Shown: positions 62,805 through 64,000 of the stretch, piece by piece
Position numbering within the stretch: the first letter of the stretch is position 1
How the letters are laid out: every line of letters starts with the position of its first letter
Assembly (NCBI GenBank): GCA_021782205.1
Contig: JAJXVH010000003.1
Span: 31,931-95,930, forward strand
Source: a bacterium
Lineage (GTDB): Bacteria; Elusimicrobiota; Elusimicrobia; UBA1565; UBA9628
DNA length: 64,000 bases
Direction of reading: 5' to 3'
Notes under the pieces: model-generated
What the model was told of the DNA's origin: nothing
The model's database searches: none
What the model saw: the letters and a program-made list of their open reading frames with translations, nothing else
Program-made: the position numbers and the translations under genes

Positions 62805-63049
62805 TTCTTCGCGGTGAACGTGCCGCCGCGTCCCGTGCAGTCGGACGTCGTCAGACTGATCCAGCCCTGGCCCTTGCAGGAATTCTGGCCCGCGCACGCG
62901 TGACCGGGGCCGCCGCACTCGCTGGTGCCCTTGCAAGAATTGACGCCGTGGCATTCCACCTTAGCCACCGGCGCGCCGCCCATGTGCGCGCAGCCCGCCG
63001 ACATCACCGCCGCCAACGCCGCCGCCGTCAACGCCGCTTTTCGATCCAT
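62801..63049 (-). CDS. secreted Cys-rich RiPP precursor, bufferin (BufA, 6-Cys type)-like
   Basis: 82 aa. Signal peptide MDRKAALTAAALAAVMSAGCA. Core VECHGVNSCKGTSECGGPGHACAGQNSCKGQGWISLTTSDCTGRGGTF with six Cys in CxG/CKG contexts. AGGAGG 8 nt upstream. Confidence 0.8.
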   Translation of the reverse strand: MDRKAALTAAALAAVMSAGCAHMGGAPVAKVECHGVNSCKGTSECGGPGHACAGQNSCKGQGWISLTTSDCTGRGGTFTAKK

Positions 63050-63188
63050 CGGGTTTCCTCCTGGAATAGAACGTCTCCAAGTCAGTGCCGCCGGGGCGCC
63101 TGAAATGACAGGTCATTCAACAATTTCCTGACGCGGCCGTCATCCGCCGCAGACAGCTTTTCCGGCCGGAACGCGGCACAATCCCGAC

Positions 63189-63935
63189 ATGATCACGACC
63201 GACGCCGAACTCCACGCCGAAACGACCCGCGAGACCGAGTCCGTACTCGACGCTCAGCGCCTGCGCCGCCGGCTTTCGACCGCCTCCGCGGCCGGCCGCG
63301 GCGAAAGCCTCCTGCCCTACGACATCGACCGGCACGACCTCCATTGCGCGCACGTGCTGGTGCGCGAAGGCCGCCACGGGCGCGTCCTGGCCTGCGCGCG
63401 CCTGCTCGACGCCGGCGGCGCGATGTCGGCCGGCGGCTTCTGCTGCCAGCAGGCCTTCCTGATCACGCGCGCGCTGACCTTGCCCGGCCGCCTGCTGGAG
63501 GTCAGCGGCGTCTGCGTCATACCGGGCCGCCGTCGCGACACGGCGCTGGCGGCGCTATGGTCGATGGTCACGCGCGAGGCGGCCGCGCGCGGCGTCTCCC
63601 ATCTGATCGCCTGCGCGAGCGTCCCGTTCGATCCGGAGATCGAGTCGCTGGAACCCCTGCGGCGCGGGCTGACGCCATTTTGGTCGTCCGACGGCTGGCG
63701 CGTTCATCCCCGCCGACCCGTCCCGCGCGACCCCGCAGAGCCCTCGCGCGACGCGGCCCGGCCGGATCTGCTGACCGACTACCTGAGCTTGGGCGCGCGC
63801 ATCGGCGGGGAGCCGTCCTGGGACCCAGAGGGCGGCGTCGCGGATTTTTTCCTGATAATCCCCGTGGATGTCGCCCGAACGTCTTACCAGCTCACGTCCA
63901 AAGGAGGAAGCCCCTCCGACGAGGTGCGCGCGTAG
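63189..63935 (+). CDS. OlsB-like GNAT N-acyltransferase (lyso-ornithine-lipid synthase family)
   Basis: 248 aa. YDIDRHDLHCAHVLVRE (DxxDxxCxHLLV-type) and C-terminal LLTDYLSLGARIGGEPSWDPEGGVADFFLII. Confidence 0.7.
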   Translation: MITTDAELHAETTRETESVLDAQRLRRRLSTASAAGRGESLLPYDIDRHDLHCAHVLVREGRHGRVLACARLLDAGGAMSAGGFCCQQAFLITRALTLPGRLLEVSGVCVIPGRRRDTALAALWSMVTREAAARGVSHLIACASVPFDPEIESLEPLRRGLTPFWSSDGWRVHPRRPVPRDPAEPSRDAARPDLLTDYLSLGARIGGEPSWDPEGGVADFFLIIPVDVARTSYQLTSKGGSPSDEVRA

Positions 63936-64000
63936 ATCGGACCCACGCGCTCGTGGGCCTTGCGCACGCGCGCAACTCCTGTTATATACCGCGCAGATGG

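Noticed and set aside
62900-63131. Plus-strand ORFs 62900..63103 and 62925..63131 opposite the RiPP precursor gene.
   Set aside because: They are antisense to a precursor with a signal peptide, a Shine-Dalgarno sequence and start/stop coupling to DUF692. Their translations are Arg/Ala-rich with no features.

Overview
Visibly GC-rich bacterial chromosomal segment. The host looks diderm, because it carries lnt, an hldD-like heptose epimerase and a lytic transglycosylase. About three quarters of the window is conserved core. This core includes recA with a Cheo-type SOS box, a xerC/D-family recombinase, and a complete F1Fo ATP synthase operon (atpZ-atpI-atpB-E-F-H-A ... G ... D-C). It also includes tRNA-Gly/tRNA-Thr-tuf-rpmG-tRNA-Trp-secE-nusG-rplK-rplA, prfB, secA-lnt, hom-thrC-thrB-lysC, proC and rnd. 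I found no rRNA, CRISPR array, transposase or phage integrase. Four things stand out. (1) At 22.5-33.6 kb there is an accessory block of cupin, radical-SAM/SPASM, GT4, PSD-like and GT2 genes. It also holds a 2081-aa ORF that fuses a SipW/S26B-like peptidase signature, two large internally duplicated parallel-beta-helix modules and a nucleotidyltransferase-like C-terminal region. I do not recognise this fusion from any described system. (2) At 60.4-63.05 kb there is a bufferin-type RiPP operon: a 6-Cys secreted precursor, a DUF692/MNIO enzyme and a DUF2063 partner, fused into one overlapping gene string with an ECF sigma factor and a tiny soluble HxxxCxxC anti-sigma. No DoxX gene is present. 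(3) The atp operon carries three non-atp insertions: a secreted ORF plus an hldD-like gene between atpA and atpG, and a PilZ (c-di-GMP receptor) gene between atpG and atpD. A REC-GGDEF gene with a GGDDF motif sits divergently at the atp promoter. (4) At 39.8-43.3 kb a lower-GC islet interrupts the usual rplKA-rplJL-rpoBC order. It contains a surface-protein gene split by a C9 homopolymer frameshift. Many long ORFs in the track are antisense or out-of-frame artefacts of high GC and were discarded. All family assignments come from motif recognition by eye; no HMM or BLAST search was run.
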